Positions 12,201 to 25,415 of a stretch of 64,000 bases of DNA are shown piece by piece. Both the position numbers and the translations under genes were made by a program. The stretch is from Catajapyx aquilonaris (Eukaryota). The notes under the pieces were generated by a model that saw nothing but the letters and a program-made list of their open reading frames with translations, did no database searches and had not been told where the DNA came from. The stretch lies in assembly GCA_000934665.2 (NCBI GenBank), contig KZ538258.1, forward strand, positions 1 through 64,000. Reading direction: 5' to 3'. Position 1 is the first letter of the stretch, and each line of letters opens with the position of its first letter.

Positions 12201-15200
12201 ATTAGGGTATTAACGAGTTCAAAAGAAGGGAGTCCATCAAGAACCGTTAAGCGTCAACAGCTCCCCATCTGCACGAATGGATAGTTCTTAACGGACCGAT
12301 CCAACTTCCACCGTATCGTGGGTCCATGCTTGCATAACCCTATCAATCTCATATATTCATCCCAGCCTTTTGTATCCTGGAGATTGTTTGTCCTCCGCAT
12401 GAAGGGCCCACCCGCTGGGTTATTTATAGGCATTTTAATGCTAAATGATTACAATCGCAGTGTGGCAACGCTCACACTTGGTTTCCATGGGCCACCTTAA
12501 GTCCGGAGTGCTAGATTTAGGACCAGGCTGGGCTAATTCACAAGGTCAATCCAGGAACGTCCACGCCAACTAGCTCTAACGACTAATGATATTTCATTCC
12601 CAATTTTGATAAACTGCTCGTAAACATCAGTCGGGAGGGACAAGGTGCGTCCCAGACTGGTTTTACTAACTCGCGTTAAATGTGTCAAGTACACTCTCGT
12701 ATATTGGAAAAGCGGCAGATATTTTGGTGGTGGGCGGAGGCGTGCCTTGGTCAGGCATGTTTGGCTTCAAAAGGCCAATATCGGAATTAATGACCAGCGT
12801 GTCTCCATGCAACGAAGCTGTGTCGGATTAAGATTGAGATGCTTCACACGGGTCCGTACAGAAACGGATAAAATATAGCCTATCGTATTGTCCGAGGGAA
12901 CGTCAAACCAGATTCAAGTTTCTGGAATAGTCTTTCGAGGACGGAAATTGCGCTTAAACGAAACTGGGAGAGGACATCTGATTTCATTACGGACATTTCC
13001 CCGTCTTTCCTAATCTCATTTACGTCCGGGGCCGTTCTTCATAATGGCATTCGTGAGACGGATTTACTAGATTCTTCGGGCCTCGAAGGGCTCGCATTAG
13101 TGTCACAAAGAACATCCTGAATAAGTACGAAACCTACATTTCAGGCCCGCAGGGAACCAAGTCGGCCTTCAAAAACTTACCCATTACAATAAATTACAGC
13201 CTACGCTAGTCTCTGTCCTATGATTAGTCAACCCCAGAGAACTCGGCCGTTATCTGCCGTACACATTTTGATATATCCAAGTACTGACAGCATTCATGAA
13301 AATGCCGGATAAATCTGCGGGTCCAGTGCAGGAAGCGAGTGGCCTTTTTATCAAGAAGCCAAGAATGCTGGCAAGCCCCCAATGGGATACGCCGTTATCC
13401 TATTATAAAACCAAGCCTCCGTTTTACCCCAGGTTTTACGTGCGCGGGAACTCAACGGTTCATGCCCGACCACAACCTCAAATACAATCTACGTCTACTT
13501 ACACCTGGCCCGTCGATGTGGGTCTCTGCACTTATGCCACCTCCTGTTGCCAGCTATCCCCCCAATATTGACCACACCGCCCCTGCTAATGATCGGCAAA
13601 TTAACCCTACTTACGTCATCAGGGTCCACAATCCAGAAAAAGACCTGCGCATTGTCTCTCGTCCTATAAACTTGCACCCTGTCTTTCACCACCGGCGCCA
13701 TTGACCCGCCAGGTCACCCCCCTCAAGAAAACACTCTCACTCTTGACCTTATCTGGTCATCAGTCCAGAACCACTGTTTGTTTGCTCCCGAGAGCACACG
13801 CCATACAACAAAGAGAAAGGTGTCCGAGGTGGATGTTATGTCGGCTGGCGAAGAGCGACTGGTTCCTTCTCTTCTGCCCCACTTCCACCACCACCAACGC
13901 TACTAACACTGGAGGGTCCTGGGACCTCCTCCAAAAAAACATAACCACTCCAACCGATTTGTTTGGATTCCGCTGTTCACATTATGTCAAGTGGGCACTG
14001 GTGACAGAGCACCCCCCTGCTAGTGACAAAATGCCCCTAGCAGGTACACCGTGTTTTCTTACCGTTAGGGTGACACCCCACCGCCACCACACGTTGTTTA
14101 TCACGTACTGGAAAAAGGTCAAGATTGGCGCAGCCTTCTTCACTTACTAAAAGCGACTTACGTGAAGGTTTCGCGCCGAATCAAGGTCGGCAGGGCCCGG
14201 TCTCGGCCCAGAAGGACATCTGCCTACATGTTAATTAGGGCTGCTCCCTTATGTGGTCAGAATTAGTTCCCAAACGCGGCGCTCAAAAACATCTGCCGTC
14301 CTAAAATACACGCGGACGAGGGGCACGGAATAATAATTTGCTAACCGGTACTGGCAGGTAAGGTCACTTCTGAATGTGATCAGGCCCACGTACCGTCGCC
14401 CAGAAGACCCGCCGGTTGCGTAACTGCAATCCTAGAAATTATTGTATTGTTTCCCTAATTAGCCCGATAAGCGCCGCAGATACGAACGTGATATACACAC
14501 GCAGGTGCCTCGTTATCAACGTAGGACGTTCGAAGAACTGGAAGCCAAACAAAAAGGTTATGACACCTTGTTCTCGCCGCAATAAAACTATCATAACTGT
14601 GTTTCCGACCGTTATGTCCTCTATTACTCTACAAGTCATTACGTCCAATCCCTACTAAATTTCCTCGAGTTGCAATCCAGCTCCACTAATTCTGACCCGA
14701 CAGGTGAGATTAACCATATCACCCTGCAGCATAAATGATCAAACGCGCTCAATAACCGCCCCAAGCTGGCAACACCGCTTGGTTGCAAGTCATGTGGTCG
14801 CTAATTCACTGCTATTATCCCGTCACAGCTTTTCTCAGTCGGAATAGAAGCGCNNNNNNNNNNCCCCCCCCCCCCTCTTTTGAGAAGGAGGGAGGCAAGG
14901 AAAAATTTCACCCAATTGTCCTTGATGCCGGTTTCGCTAAGATTGCCATGGCGGAGAGAAAAAAATAAGAAAAAAACTCTCCATTTCGCTGACCGGACTT
15001 TGCCAGCCAGGAGTTGGCCGGACGTCCTCGGCCCATCAGTATAAAAACCTTTCCCTTTCCTCCAGCAGCCAGTGGAAGACCTCGTGACCTGGACCTTCTC
15101 CTTCCGACACCTCCCATTCAGTTTCACTGACCTCCTTCCAAAGAATCCGCCACTATCTGCGGACATCAGCGCAAATTGGCGCCCATCCCCTCACGCCCCT

Positions 15201-17674
15201 AAGTTTCAATTTCATCCGATTTCTCATTTTTTTCTTCTTCTTCTTGCCGGCGCGATTAAAAACCTAACAAACTAGATCAAGGGTTCTCGACCTTTGCCTA
15301 TTCAACATGCAAAGTGTAGGGCACGGAACCTGTTTCATAGGATGGAGAGGGTGGCTTTCAATTGAACATCCTTCTCCTTTCAATCTGCCTCCAGGGCGGA
15401 AAGAACAACACACACACAAAATGAAGTAGAAATATATTAAACTTTCAACCTGCACGCAAACGGCTTATTGGCAAAAATGATATGCCCATTTTACACTTCC
15501 GCGGTCGTGCAAGTTCCATTGGTGTTTACACCTGAAAAGGTCGAGACCCCACCGAGACACGGTGTGCAACTTCAATCAGACCGTTGACCCCGAACGCGAA
15601 CAAAAACAACAGGTGCTCATCCCTTCGCATTAGCCTACCTGAATCGCCATTATCATATCCCCCCCCCCCTTAGGGTACGTAGGGGGACAAAATAGGGGGA
15701 ACTTCCTCCCTTTATATTTATATATATAAAAAATGAAAGATAAAATTGCTTCCCTCCCAAGTGCATTATCCACGCCTCGTGGCACCCATTTGTGATTACT
15801 TCGTGACAAAGGAAAACCTTTTCATCCCTGTAAATAAAAGTGCTCGCAGCCTTCCTCTTGTGTGACACACTTGAGTCGGCCTCTTTGGAACCGTGCCCGT
15901 GATGCTGGCCATTTTCCAGGGACTACACATGTGCGCCGAGATGCGGTACCGATCTTTGGATTATTACCGCAGAATATGTCCGCATAAGAGGCACCGGCAA
16001 AATAATGCGTCATCGTGTTACTTTGTCAATGACCCGTGATCATGACCTGATATGACATCCGACGACATTATTAGCACCCATTAGGTAGAAAGGCNNNNNN
16101 NNNCCCCCCCCCCCCCACCAGATGAAGTGCCTCTTTCCAATGTCAACTGAAGGATAGTCTGGAGATGTCATCAAAGCACTCGGGTCGCAACCAGTGTTGA
16201 CATTCCTCATTCCAGGCAGATCTCGACAGCAATGGATTTACCCTCAACGGCGACATCCGACTCAAGTGCGACCAAATCGACCTTGGCGGAGAAACTGTTG
16301 GAATTACTGTATGTCAGTCCCTGAGGACAAGTGAGAGGATAGAGCGAGGTCGACTTCCACGCTATATATTTCTGCGCCCAAATTCATTACATTAAACCTA
16401 TTTGCGGTCCGATTCAGCCAGTCGATAAATAACCCGCAAGTAATCATCCAAACGACTTCTCAAAACAATCCGTCCGATTCCATCCCCGGATATCAACCAC
16501 AAGGTCGTGCCGTATCTCCTACAAGTGCATTAAATCCGCCCAAGATTATTGCTTTGTTTATACTTTTGTTTTCTCACGCTGATAACCCCCCGTAGCGCTA
16601 ATCACACAGATAAGCAGCACCCCGCCCTCCCCGTGAGAATCGAAATAAGCATTTTACGACAATCTCCGCAATTATCCTCCTATGACACAACTATCGGCAG
16701 CCGGATATGTTCATCGTGAGACCTGCATGTGTGTATGTTTATGGCACCGGAAGGCCGCCATGCTAATTTAAACTTTGCTACCTAGTTTCAGCCATCCTCC
16801 CCAGAGGGTGCTTCGAGCAGCGACGGCAAACGACTTCAGCGCTGACTGCGGTCGAGGCCCGAACTTCCAGGACTTTTCAACTCTAAAATCGATCCTGGGT
16901 CCGGGTGTATAACCTGACCAGACGTCTGCCGACGGTCTTCCACAAGTTGCTTAAAAATTCATCGCCAAAATAAATTCTGCACATGCCCACATGCAAAACG
17001 TCCCGTTCTGAATTCTGATGCCTCCATTTAAGTTCCGGTGAGGTCGTGAGAACCTCCCCCACATTACTAGTCGCCACGGGCCTGCTGAATAACGACGTCA
17101 ATCTAATATTGACAGCCTTAAAATAAAATAAAAAAATCTTGACACATTATAGTAAAACCCAGACTTACCTCGAAAGCAAAGTAATATTTGACCGAATTGG
17201 CATTATTCAAAATTAATTTCGTTCGCACATTTCCTTCATAACATCATTCGAAAAGCTTATATCTTAAAATCTCAAATCGACAAAACATCATTTGGCGAGA
17301 CAAGCGCATGCATCATCCCCCCCCCCCCCTTTTTTTTAAAAAAAACTCCCTTTTTCCTCAATTTTCTGGTGAAATAGACTGGAGACAGGGAGCACTGGGT
17401 GACTCGGGTTAGTTATATGCTGGAAATTTTCGTATCAATCCCGCCAATCAGGATTTCAAAATCGAGGGCGGCGTAGTCGACACAAAAATTGCCAATTGGG
17501 CTTCAGCCAAATCGCATTTACCCAGTGCCATGCCTCAGGCCCAGTAATCCTCTTGTCCATTAAACATTTCCACACAAAAAAAAAATACAATAACCATCCC
17601 AACGGGCGTCAGAAACACAGCGCCCCATGCAATAATTTCCCGCCAAAAAAAATAAAAAACAAAAAAATGCTTAC

Positions 17675-17827
17675 CTCCGGATTTGTTCCGGGCAAGTTCT
17701 CCTCCGGAGGAAGGTCTGGAAGCAGTGAGAACTTGCGGTCGTACACGCAACGGTGCAGTTGTCGGTCCAGGAACCGGAAATCGTGGTAGGTGCGACGCAC
17801 TACCCAGCTCTTGCCCTGGCTCGTCAC
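17675..17827 (-). CDS. CdGAPr: Internal exon of a CdGAPr/ARHGAP32-33-family RhoGAP, PX domain (VTSQGKSWVVRRTYHDFRFLDRQLHRCVYDRKFSLLPDLPPEENLPGTNPE)
   Basis: The 51-codon translation closely resembles the PX segment of ARHGAP32/33 as recalled (QGKSWIVKRSYEDFRVLDKHLHLCIYDRRFSQL). Flanked by acceptor tgcacag| and donor GAG|gtaagc; phase 0-0. Confidence 0.95.
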
Positions 17828-18091
17828 CTGTGCATCGGAACAACTCTTCAGTTTTTTTATTTCCCCAGCGCGCATTTGGGCCGGCGCAATATTTTGGGCC
17901 CTATTAGGTAAATTGGCAAAAATGAAAAATTGCGCCCCGAGTCATCTGAGGTCCATGCCGCAGGGGGGGCTATGCCCTCGCCAAATCGGCGTGCCTCTTA
18001 GTCGTTTACATTTGCAAATTTGGACGGCGCAGGCATGAAGAATGGGCGTGGCAGGACCACTTTGCAGAAGGCGGAAATGCAAACTCCTTAC

Positions 18092-18163
18092 CTGCACGCA
18101 GAGGGCGCGGTTTTCGCCATCCTCCGACGCCAGGGGTTTCACCTCCTCCTCGCATATTTGAAA
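18092..18163 (-). CDS. CdGAPr: Internal exon of the CdGAPr-family gene (FQICEEEVKPLASEDGENRALCVQ)
   Basis: Acceptor ttctgtgtcttttgtag|, donor CAG|gtaagg, 72 nt, phase 0-0. Links the flanking conserved exons in frame and corresponds to the variable linker before the PX strand. Confidence 0.9.
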
Positions 18164-18847
18164 CTACAAAAGACACAGAAACCTCGTGAAATCACACGTA
18201 CAGACCTGCAGGCACGAACAGCTATACGGAGGGGGGGAAAAAAAAGATGCTCTAGAAACAAGGCGGTGCTCAACAAGTGATGTGCCTGCCTTTGCAAAAA
18301 CCGCCGCCAACCGCAAAACCGCACCTCCAGGATGACATTTTCAAGCCAGCAGACAATTAGCAACTTTGGTGTGAACTTGGCCTGCTCAACTTTACAGCCT
18401 CTTATCCGGTTCGGATGGCAAGTCTCGGTCTCTTATTGGCCTACTTTCACGGAATTTGCTTCGAGAATCGGTAACAGGAATCTGCACTGTTTATTTCAAC
18501 GTCAGGATTTTGCTCATTAGCAAAGCCAAGGCCTGGTTTTCAAACTCTTCAATGGATGCAGGTTCGAGTCGGGGGTTTATTTTCACACTGGCCGCAAAAC
18601 TGTAGTATACAAGCGATATATATAAATTACTATGAGGTTTACAATCCTAGTTTGTACAGTTCCACCTGCACGTAGCATGAAAAGGAGGTAAGTAGCGCAT
18701 CATTTCACTCGCCTAATGCCATTAAACCATTTGGCTCGAAATAAATTATAGGCAAAAATTTATACTCGGTTGAACAGGATCGTCACGAAATTGGCCTAAC
18801 CAGCTAGAATGAAAACTAGCAGGATTTCCTTGTAGTGTACCACTATA

Positions 18848-19115
18848 CAGGTAGGTCCCGGTCTTACGAAATTTCACATTCACATTTTCACAAAATTGCC
18901 TTAAAATACAATTTCATTATTTGAAACGAACATAATAAATCGAAATATTAACACATCGCTGTAACACCTCTGAGTCCCAACACACTACGTACCGGCGTTC
19001 TTTTGTTTTTCGTGGTGCATTATGGCAGGGTCTATAGATACATACGGCTAGACTTCGTTTTACGACCTGTTTTGCTGACACCTAACCCCGTCTTACAGTA
19101 CAACGGCCCTACCTG
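18848..19115. mobile_element. Tigger/pogo-like MITE
   Basis: TA|CAGGTAGGTCCCGGTCTTACG ... CCCTACCTG|TA ends with TA target duplication. Confidence 0.7.
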
Positions 19116-22100
19116 TACATGACGGCGAACTGCTCAAGTATATGCGAAGAAGTTATGGAATGTTTACACCAGCTGCTTCCCTTTAAAGTGGTTGCTGGGA
19201 TAAACAATCAATAAATTCTTGAACGGGAGACTCTTTGGCAGTGTACCATCCCCATGAACTATACCAGCTCCGACTCGGAGATAAAATGCGAAATGGGCAG
19301 CACCCACAGATGAGTGTGGAGCAAACAACATTTCATCTGAAATAATCAATTTCGAGTCGACTGTCATCGAGAGGCTGGATAATATTCCCGGCTTCCGATA
19401 AACAACACAGATCGCGCTAAAAACTCCACAAAAAAATAAAAAAAATAAAATAAAACGCCCTTCTCCCGACGCTACAAAATGATTGCTTCCAAATCCTGAA
19501 TCCCAACCTCCCAAGACATTCAAACAGTCTCACTTTTAACTTGGGCTCTCATACCAATGAGGCAACGCAATACTATCCTATAACGTGATCCGGTAGGGCG
19601 CCACCCTCATCAAGATCCCTTGAATCCCCCGGCTTGAAGCCCGTTAATCCCAGGACAGAGGGCGCTTCAATTTTCCTCAGGCAACTTGGGCCCAGGATGG
19701 TAATGAGGCTTCAATCGCGCATCCCGTTGCGTATAGTAATGCCATACCAAAAAAAAACAACAACACATCAATCGATAATATTCATCCTTGGCTGCAACAC
19801 AGATCCTTTTACGAGCCCAGCCACCATACATTTTTTATTTCCTCCCGCCGTTGCGTTGGTTTAACCTGCAACTTTCCATATAACGCTCAACTTTTGTTTC
19901 GCCGCCGTAAATCACATCTCCCGGCAAGGAACTTCGCCCTCCTTGTTTCCTCGGGACCTGCCTTCCAGCAGACAATCGCACAAAGTGGCAGTAAAAAGGC
20001 CCCTCCTTTGTTCCTTGCTGCTCTCCAGACATTCCCCAATATAATGATCGACCACGAGGTTATACAATATCTATAACAAGCAATCCAGCTGGGAGACATC
20101 CCCCCNNNNNNNNNNNCCCCCCGAACAGTACTCCCCCATCCCCCGAAAAAAAAAAGTGCTGGAGAATTCCTTTGCCACAACAAACCTATTGTTTACTATA
20201 TGCGAGGGTTATAGGTCTCCTAGATAGGTCTAATTATAAGGGCTGATCCCAACGCCAACTGTTCCTTGTATTCTTAAATTACTTTGCATACTTCCCACGG
20301 GCAAAACTTTTTTTCTTCTTCTTTGCAACATTTTTTTTTGTTCTCGAACAATTCTGCGCTTTTCCTAAGACCAGCTGTGAGGGAGCTCTTACAGTAGTTT
20401 CGCTTAAGAGTTAATGTGGGGGACTAATTATTTCTACCCGCGAATATACGGTTGTGGCATGCAACGTACTTCCACCACTGGTCTATTTTCTGCGCGCACA
20501 TAATCTGCTGGCTGTGCAAGGACAATGCAGAGCCATTTACTGGTTACATCATCAGAAAAAAGTACGGCCCAGCATCTCTCATGCGCGAAGAGAGCTTTGC
20601 CGTAAGGCACTGCTTTTGACAGTTTTTTTTCACGCACAGACAAAGAGCAATTCCGACCAAATCCTCTCTTTCCAAGCACAAAAGAACAAAATACAAAAAC
20701 GAGGAAGGATAAAGCTTTCATTTTGTATATACATCGGATTTTAAAAGTTTTAAAATCCGATCCGGATTTAAGCAAAGTGTAAACCACTTCAACAGGATAA
20801 GACATTGCACCTGCCCACATTTATCGAAGTTTTTAAGTATTTTGTGGTACACGCTCAAATTACAAAAATACATATTGTGAACAATTAGTTGGAGGCAGCC
20901 TCACATTCATGAGGCTTAGGTGCACCAACCAGCAAAGGTGTGATTTTCATAAAACATTTTATCCGGAGGAATTACAAAAAACAAAACAAAAAAACACAAA
21001 AAACAGTAATAGCAGGTTAATTCAAAACATCTCCAGCACACTAGACATTCGCCAAGAAATAATTACACCAAACTTTGTTTTATATGAATACGTTAGTCTA
21101 GATTTTACTTGATTTTTGCAATATAATGCAGAGGAATCCGATCGTGATGCATTGCGGCAAAATGGGACCGTAATGAGTGGGGGATATCCACACAAGCGCA
21201 ACAGAAGGTGTATCATACTGTATATACTGTATACCTTTAAAAATAACCTCACATTTCAATTGATGATAGTCTATCTCTATACTAACAATTAAGTGGGTTG
21301 GTTTTAGACGGGTAAAACCAGTATTCGAAACTGAGATTTCGCACTTAAGCACTTGTAATGTCACCTGCTATCATTATGTGAAAGTTAAGGTAGATTGGAA
21401 TACTCCTGGTTTGTCAAGATTAAAATTAACGCGCAACAAAGTTGCCTATATTTTGTGTACTGTGGTGCAAGGCAGTTAGATAAAACATGGCATCCTTAAA
21501 GGGGAAGATGGACGCGTAGGGAAATTCCGCCAGGTTTATAAGTCGTAACTTGCCTCGAGAGATGCATCCTGCTTGCTTTTCTGAAAAGTCGTATCCGGAT
21601 TTGTTTACTCCCTTCTGACACCAACCCACTCAATTGACAAGAACCTTTTGATCAATCAAAACACACCAAACTCCGTCTTGTAATCTATCAAACGCCTAAT
21701 GAAAGATTAATTTCGTAAACAGGAACAGCTGTGCATAGCATGTCATCCAATGCGGAAATGAAGCCTAATTTTGGCACAGCCTTTTGCGAATATCTCCAAG
21801 TGTGATCTAGATGACTAGTCAGTCAAATTATCCACGGAGCAAATAGTAAAACACGCACAGTTAACCTAACCGAGCCATCTCCACATCCTCGGCGGCTCCA
21901 CCTTCACCACATCAACGCCGACAAATAACCCGAAAAGACTCCATCCCCTTCGATCCAACGTGATTGACTGAATCTTCCCAGGAGCCAGTGGCTGAGCAAC
22001 TCAATCGCCTCTGCAAAATAGATGCACCCTGCAAATCTAGCTGTTTTTTTTTGTTTTTTTTGCGTTTATCAGTGCAAGACAAAGTCTCATTAGACGTCCA

Positions 22101-22261
22101 GGGAGCGGATCTCATCAACGGCATTTCAGCTGACGGCTAACGTCTCATTTATCCTACTAAACAAGGTTAACACGCACAGACTGCTGCCTCAGGGCACGTG
22201 TACACCCAGGCCGAAAGACATAACCGTGTTACACCTGCCGTCTATATTAGTAACTGCTTAC

Positions 22262-22417
22262 CTGCAGAGGCCCTAGCTCGACGTACTCGTAATGGAAATG
22301 AGCACATTCGTCCAGGCGTGGAAATCGGGGCCTTCCCTCGGTTCCGGACCCGGTCAGATGCTGGATCCGGATGCTGCCTCGGGATGTCTCGACCTCGGAA
22401 GTGGAGCACAGACCACT
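22262..22417 (-). CDS. CdGAPr: Internal exon of the CdGAPr-family gene (SGLCSTSEVETSRGSIRIQHLTGSGTEGRPRFPRLDECAHFHYEYVELGPLQ)
   Basis: Contains the family-diagnostic FPxLxECAHFHYE motif. Acceptor ctattgtccattgcag|, donor CAG|gtaagc; 156 nt, phase 0-0. Not in the supplied ORF track. Confidence 0.95.
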
Positions 22418-25037
22418 CTGCAATGGACAATAGCAAGGGTGATTAACAGGCTACCCGGAAGGTATGTTGCGATCGCAGCCTATCACCCCCCCTCTCTCTC
22501 TCTCTTTTTAAAGGGGTTTGTGCCGCTTGCCTGTGGGGTGGGAGGGGAAATAATATTGATTGGTCTACCAGGGGGGGCAGGGAATCCGCCCTTTGGCTCT
22601 GGTCATTCTCCAGCTCGTTGCTCAATAATTAACGGCCCCGTTTTATCACAACCAACCCTTGCACATGCTGGAATGAATCACCTTTTTACGCCCGTTCTTC
22701 CGTGTGTCACACGTTTCACGGACCAGAAGCAGCTCGGTTCAAGGCATTGCCGGTTGCGGATACAGTGACAAGTTTCGAGTTATTGATTGTCCGTATACTG
22801 GTATACCTGTTATCATATTTCTATCGTCTCTGACAAGGTGGCAAGCAACAAGATATGATTTGATTGGAGATTTAATGGCCAGTCAGCCACTCCGCGCCGC
22901 CAAATAAGGAGAAAAGTCGCGCAAAAAGTTGATCTAAATCCAAACAGCACAGGTGTGTCACTTTCAAGAAAGTCAGACATCCAGCCTTCCATCTAAATCG
23001 TCACATTTCCAGAAAGGGTGAAGAGTCGAGACCTTTCCGGAACGTTGGAAAGGGTGAGACAGGCAACTAAAAATGTCACCAGCACAAGTTAGAATTTCGC
23101 AACGCTTATTAGGCAATCTCTTGGTTGTGGACCGCCTCACAAAATGAAGTTTTGACGCATTTCTCCCGAGAGCAGCTCAAGATGGCGTATAATGTACCTG
23201 CATAATGAGAAAAGGGTGGTTCTTGACCCCCTCAAAAATTGCAAAGCGCACAGGTGCCTTGCCTCTGACGAACCGCATCAAAATTGCATTCAAAGAGGCC
23301 GTGAATAACCGCGACGCAATGTAAATAATTCCGTGAAATTCAAACCTCTCTGAGTTTCTTTGCAGAGGTCCCCGATAGGAAACTTGAGGAAGAATTTTGT
23401 CCGATATTTGCACACGTTGGAATTCCACTCTGGAAAAAATGTTCCGCTAAAAAAAAAAGTCTGTCAGTCCCGCATACATCTGCGGGGCATCATTGTTGAT
23501 TGAGCGATTCTCTTGCGCTAGGTTTCAGTGTAGGGCTATATATCGTGGAATCTAACTAGTTCCGCGTGATTGCGCAAATTTACCGAATTCCCTCGTCAAA
23601 TAATATAATTATTCGCCGGATAATGAGTGCAAAGCTGGTGTGCAAACATGTTAAAAATTAATATGCAATTAATGCGGGCAACCCTGGTATCAACATTGAA
23701 TTTGGTGCGCCACATGCAGACCTTCATGATGGCAGCTTTAACCACCGATATTGTCGGTGGCAGGCGTTTATTAGGATGTCGCACCTGTATCCACTTGCCG
23801 CAATTGCCAAGAACCGTTTGAACTCATGCTCACTTTCAACTAAAGGGTCATTCCATAGCGCAATGTAACGGACGTGACAGTGCACAAGAATTGATGCTTT
23901 GGGGCATCCATAAAAGATATCACGCTAGTATGGGGGTGAGGGTGGGTCCCAATGGCGTGACGGGCAGTACATGGGGAGGGGGGTTAATAGCTAACTGTGA
24001 TGTCAGTCATGAACCGTAGCGTAAATGGGGGCTTCTGCGTCCTTCCCTATATATCCCCTTCCCCTCCAACCTATGTGAAAATTAATCTTTCGCGGTAGAA
24101 CTCCCCACGTCGTAAATTTTAGTCAACGATTAGATCCCAATTACGCTCCGGTAAGGATTTTGTAAGTTGCCCAAAATTACAACAGTCAAGACGTGCATTT
24201 CATATATAAATCCCCGACGACAATACTCGTCATAATTACGAATACACTATATTAAAAATAGGGTCTTCAGACCACCCATGTGTCGTCCTTTTCTGGGAGT
24301 ATGAAAATGATTTCGCCATCGCAGAATTTTACTTTCAGAAATCCTTACCTCTGTAAAATGATTAATAGAGCAATATTTGTCTAAGCACAATCTAGCTGGT
24401 CCATTATTCGTGGTCAAATTAATAAAAGAGGGAATGCTTCTTTATTTTGATTTTCGTGCAACAATGAATCTGGAATCCAATATTAAAGTTACTCGCGTAA
24501 CACATAACCTGCATACGAAACTGGTGGAATTCGTGGAATGAACCTAAAACCTGCCATATCTGAGGAATAGGTTCGATAAGTACCTCCCCTTATCTTTCCT
24601 CCTAATCGACACATCCTTGCATTACCCGAGCAGTTCCCAAAGTACAAAAGAACCAGGACTTTCCTTTTCACAAGATTCCTCCCCCTGCATTTAGCCCTTC
24701 CTTCTACGTTTCACTCTCCTCCACATCCTCCCTTCTTCTTCATTTCCCCCATTTCCTGCCATCATCTCCCCCTGGCCGCATACACTTTCACGTTGAATAT
24801 TCCGCATTGCCAGTGCTTCCCTTCTTGGGACCAATCGAATTTGTGATGCTGACGGGGACGCTTCATCATCCAAAAGATGACCTCCCTCCATTCAATCCCG
24901 TCCTCACGCGAATCACAGCGATTATGATGCTAATCCCTTCCGATTACCATCATATTGACTCTCACTCTTTCGTCCCTACTTCATCAATGGCGCCGGATTT
25001 GCAATCCACACGGGGGAAGAGATGCATGAATATTTTA

Positions 25038-25041
<4 letters not shown>

Positions 25042-25073
<32 letters not shown>
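25042..25073. repeat. (CT)n microsatellite
   Basis: Direct reading. Confidence 0.95.
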
Positions 25074-25078
<5 letters not shown>

Positions 25079-25346
25079 GAAGTGTTGCCAAAAATATCGA
25101 TGTGTATAGTACCGGCGCCGTTTCATGAATAGGTAAATCTCCGGAGCAGCAGTTCTGACGAGCTTTTCATGCAAAGAAAACGGCTCTTAATTGAAACGAC
25201 GAAAAGGTTTGAGCATTTGACAAACAAGCACTCGAACCGTCGTTCCCCATGCAGAATACATAATCAGCCTCCAAGTTGGGCTCGAAATTCTCCGCCAGTG
25301 CCGAGGACCAGTTTGATCGCTGACCCCGATATAGAGGACTACTCAC

Positions 25347-25415
25347 TGCACAATCGGCTGCCAAATCCCTGCACCCGCTGAGCATGCGGTCCGAATACCT
25401 CCGCATCACGTCCAT
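25347..25415 (-). CDS. Candidate alternative first coding exon (MDVMRRYSDRMLSGCRDLAADCA)
   Basis: ATG in context ATCATGG with an in-frame upstream stop. Donor GCA|gtgagt in phase 0, compatible with the 22417 acceptor. Locally GC-rich. Confidence 0.5.

Noticed and set aside
17150..17200. tttgctttcgag|gtaagt as a recursive splice site
   Set aside because: The acceptor would be GAG rather than YAG, and no upstream exon boundary was found.
1..17674. Next conserved RhoGAP exon (INCGPxLxW motif, SH3 and GAP domains)
   Set aside because: Not found by eye; presumed to lie left of the window.
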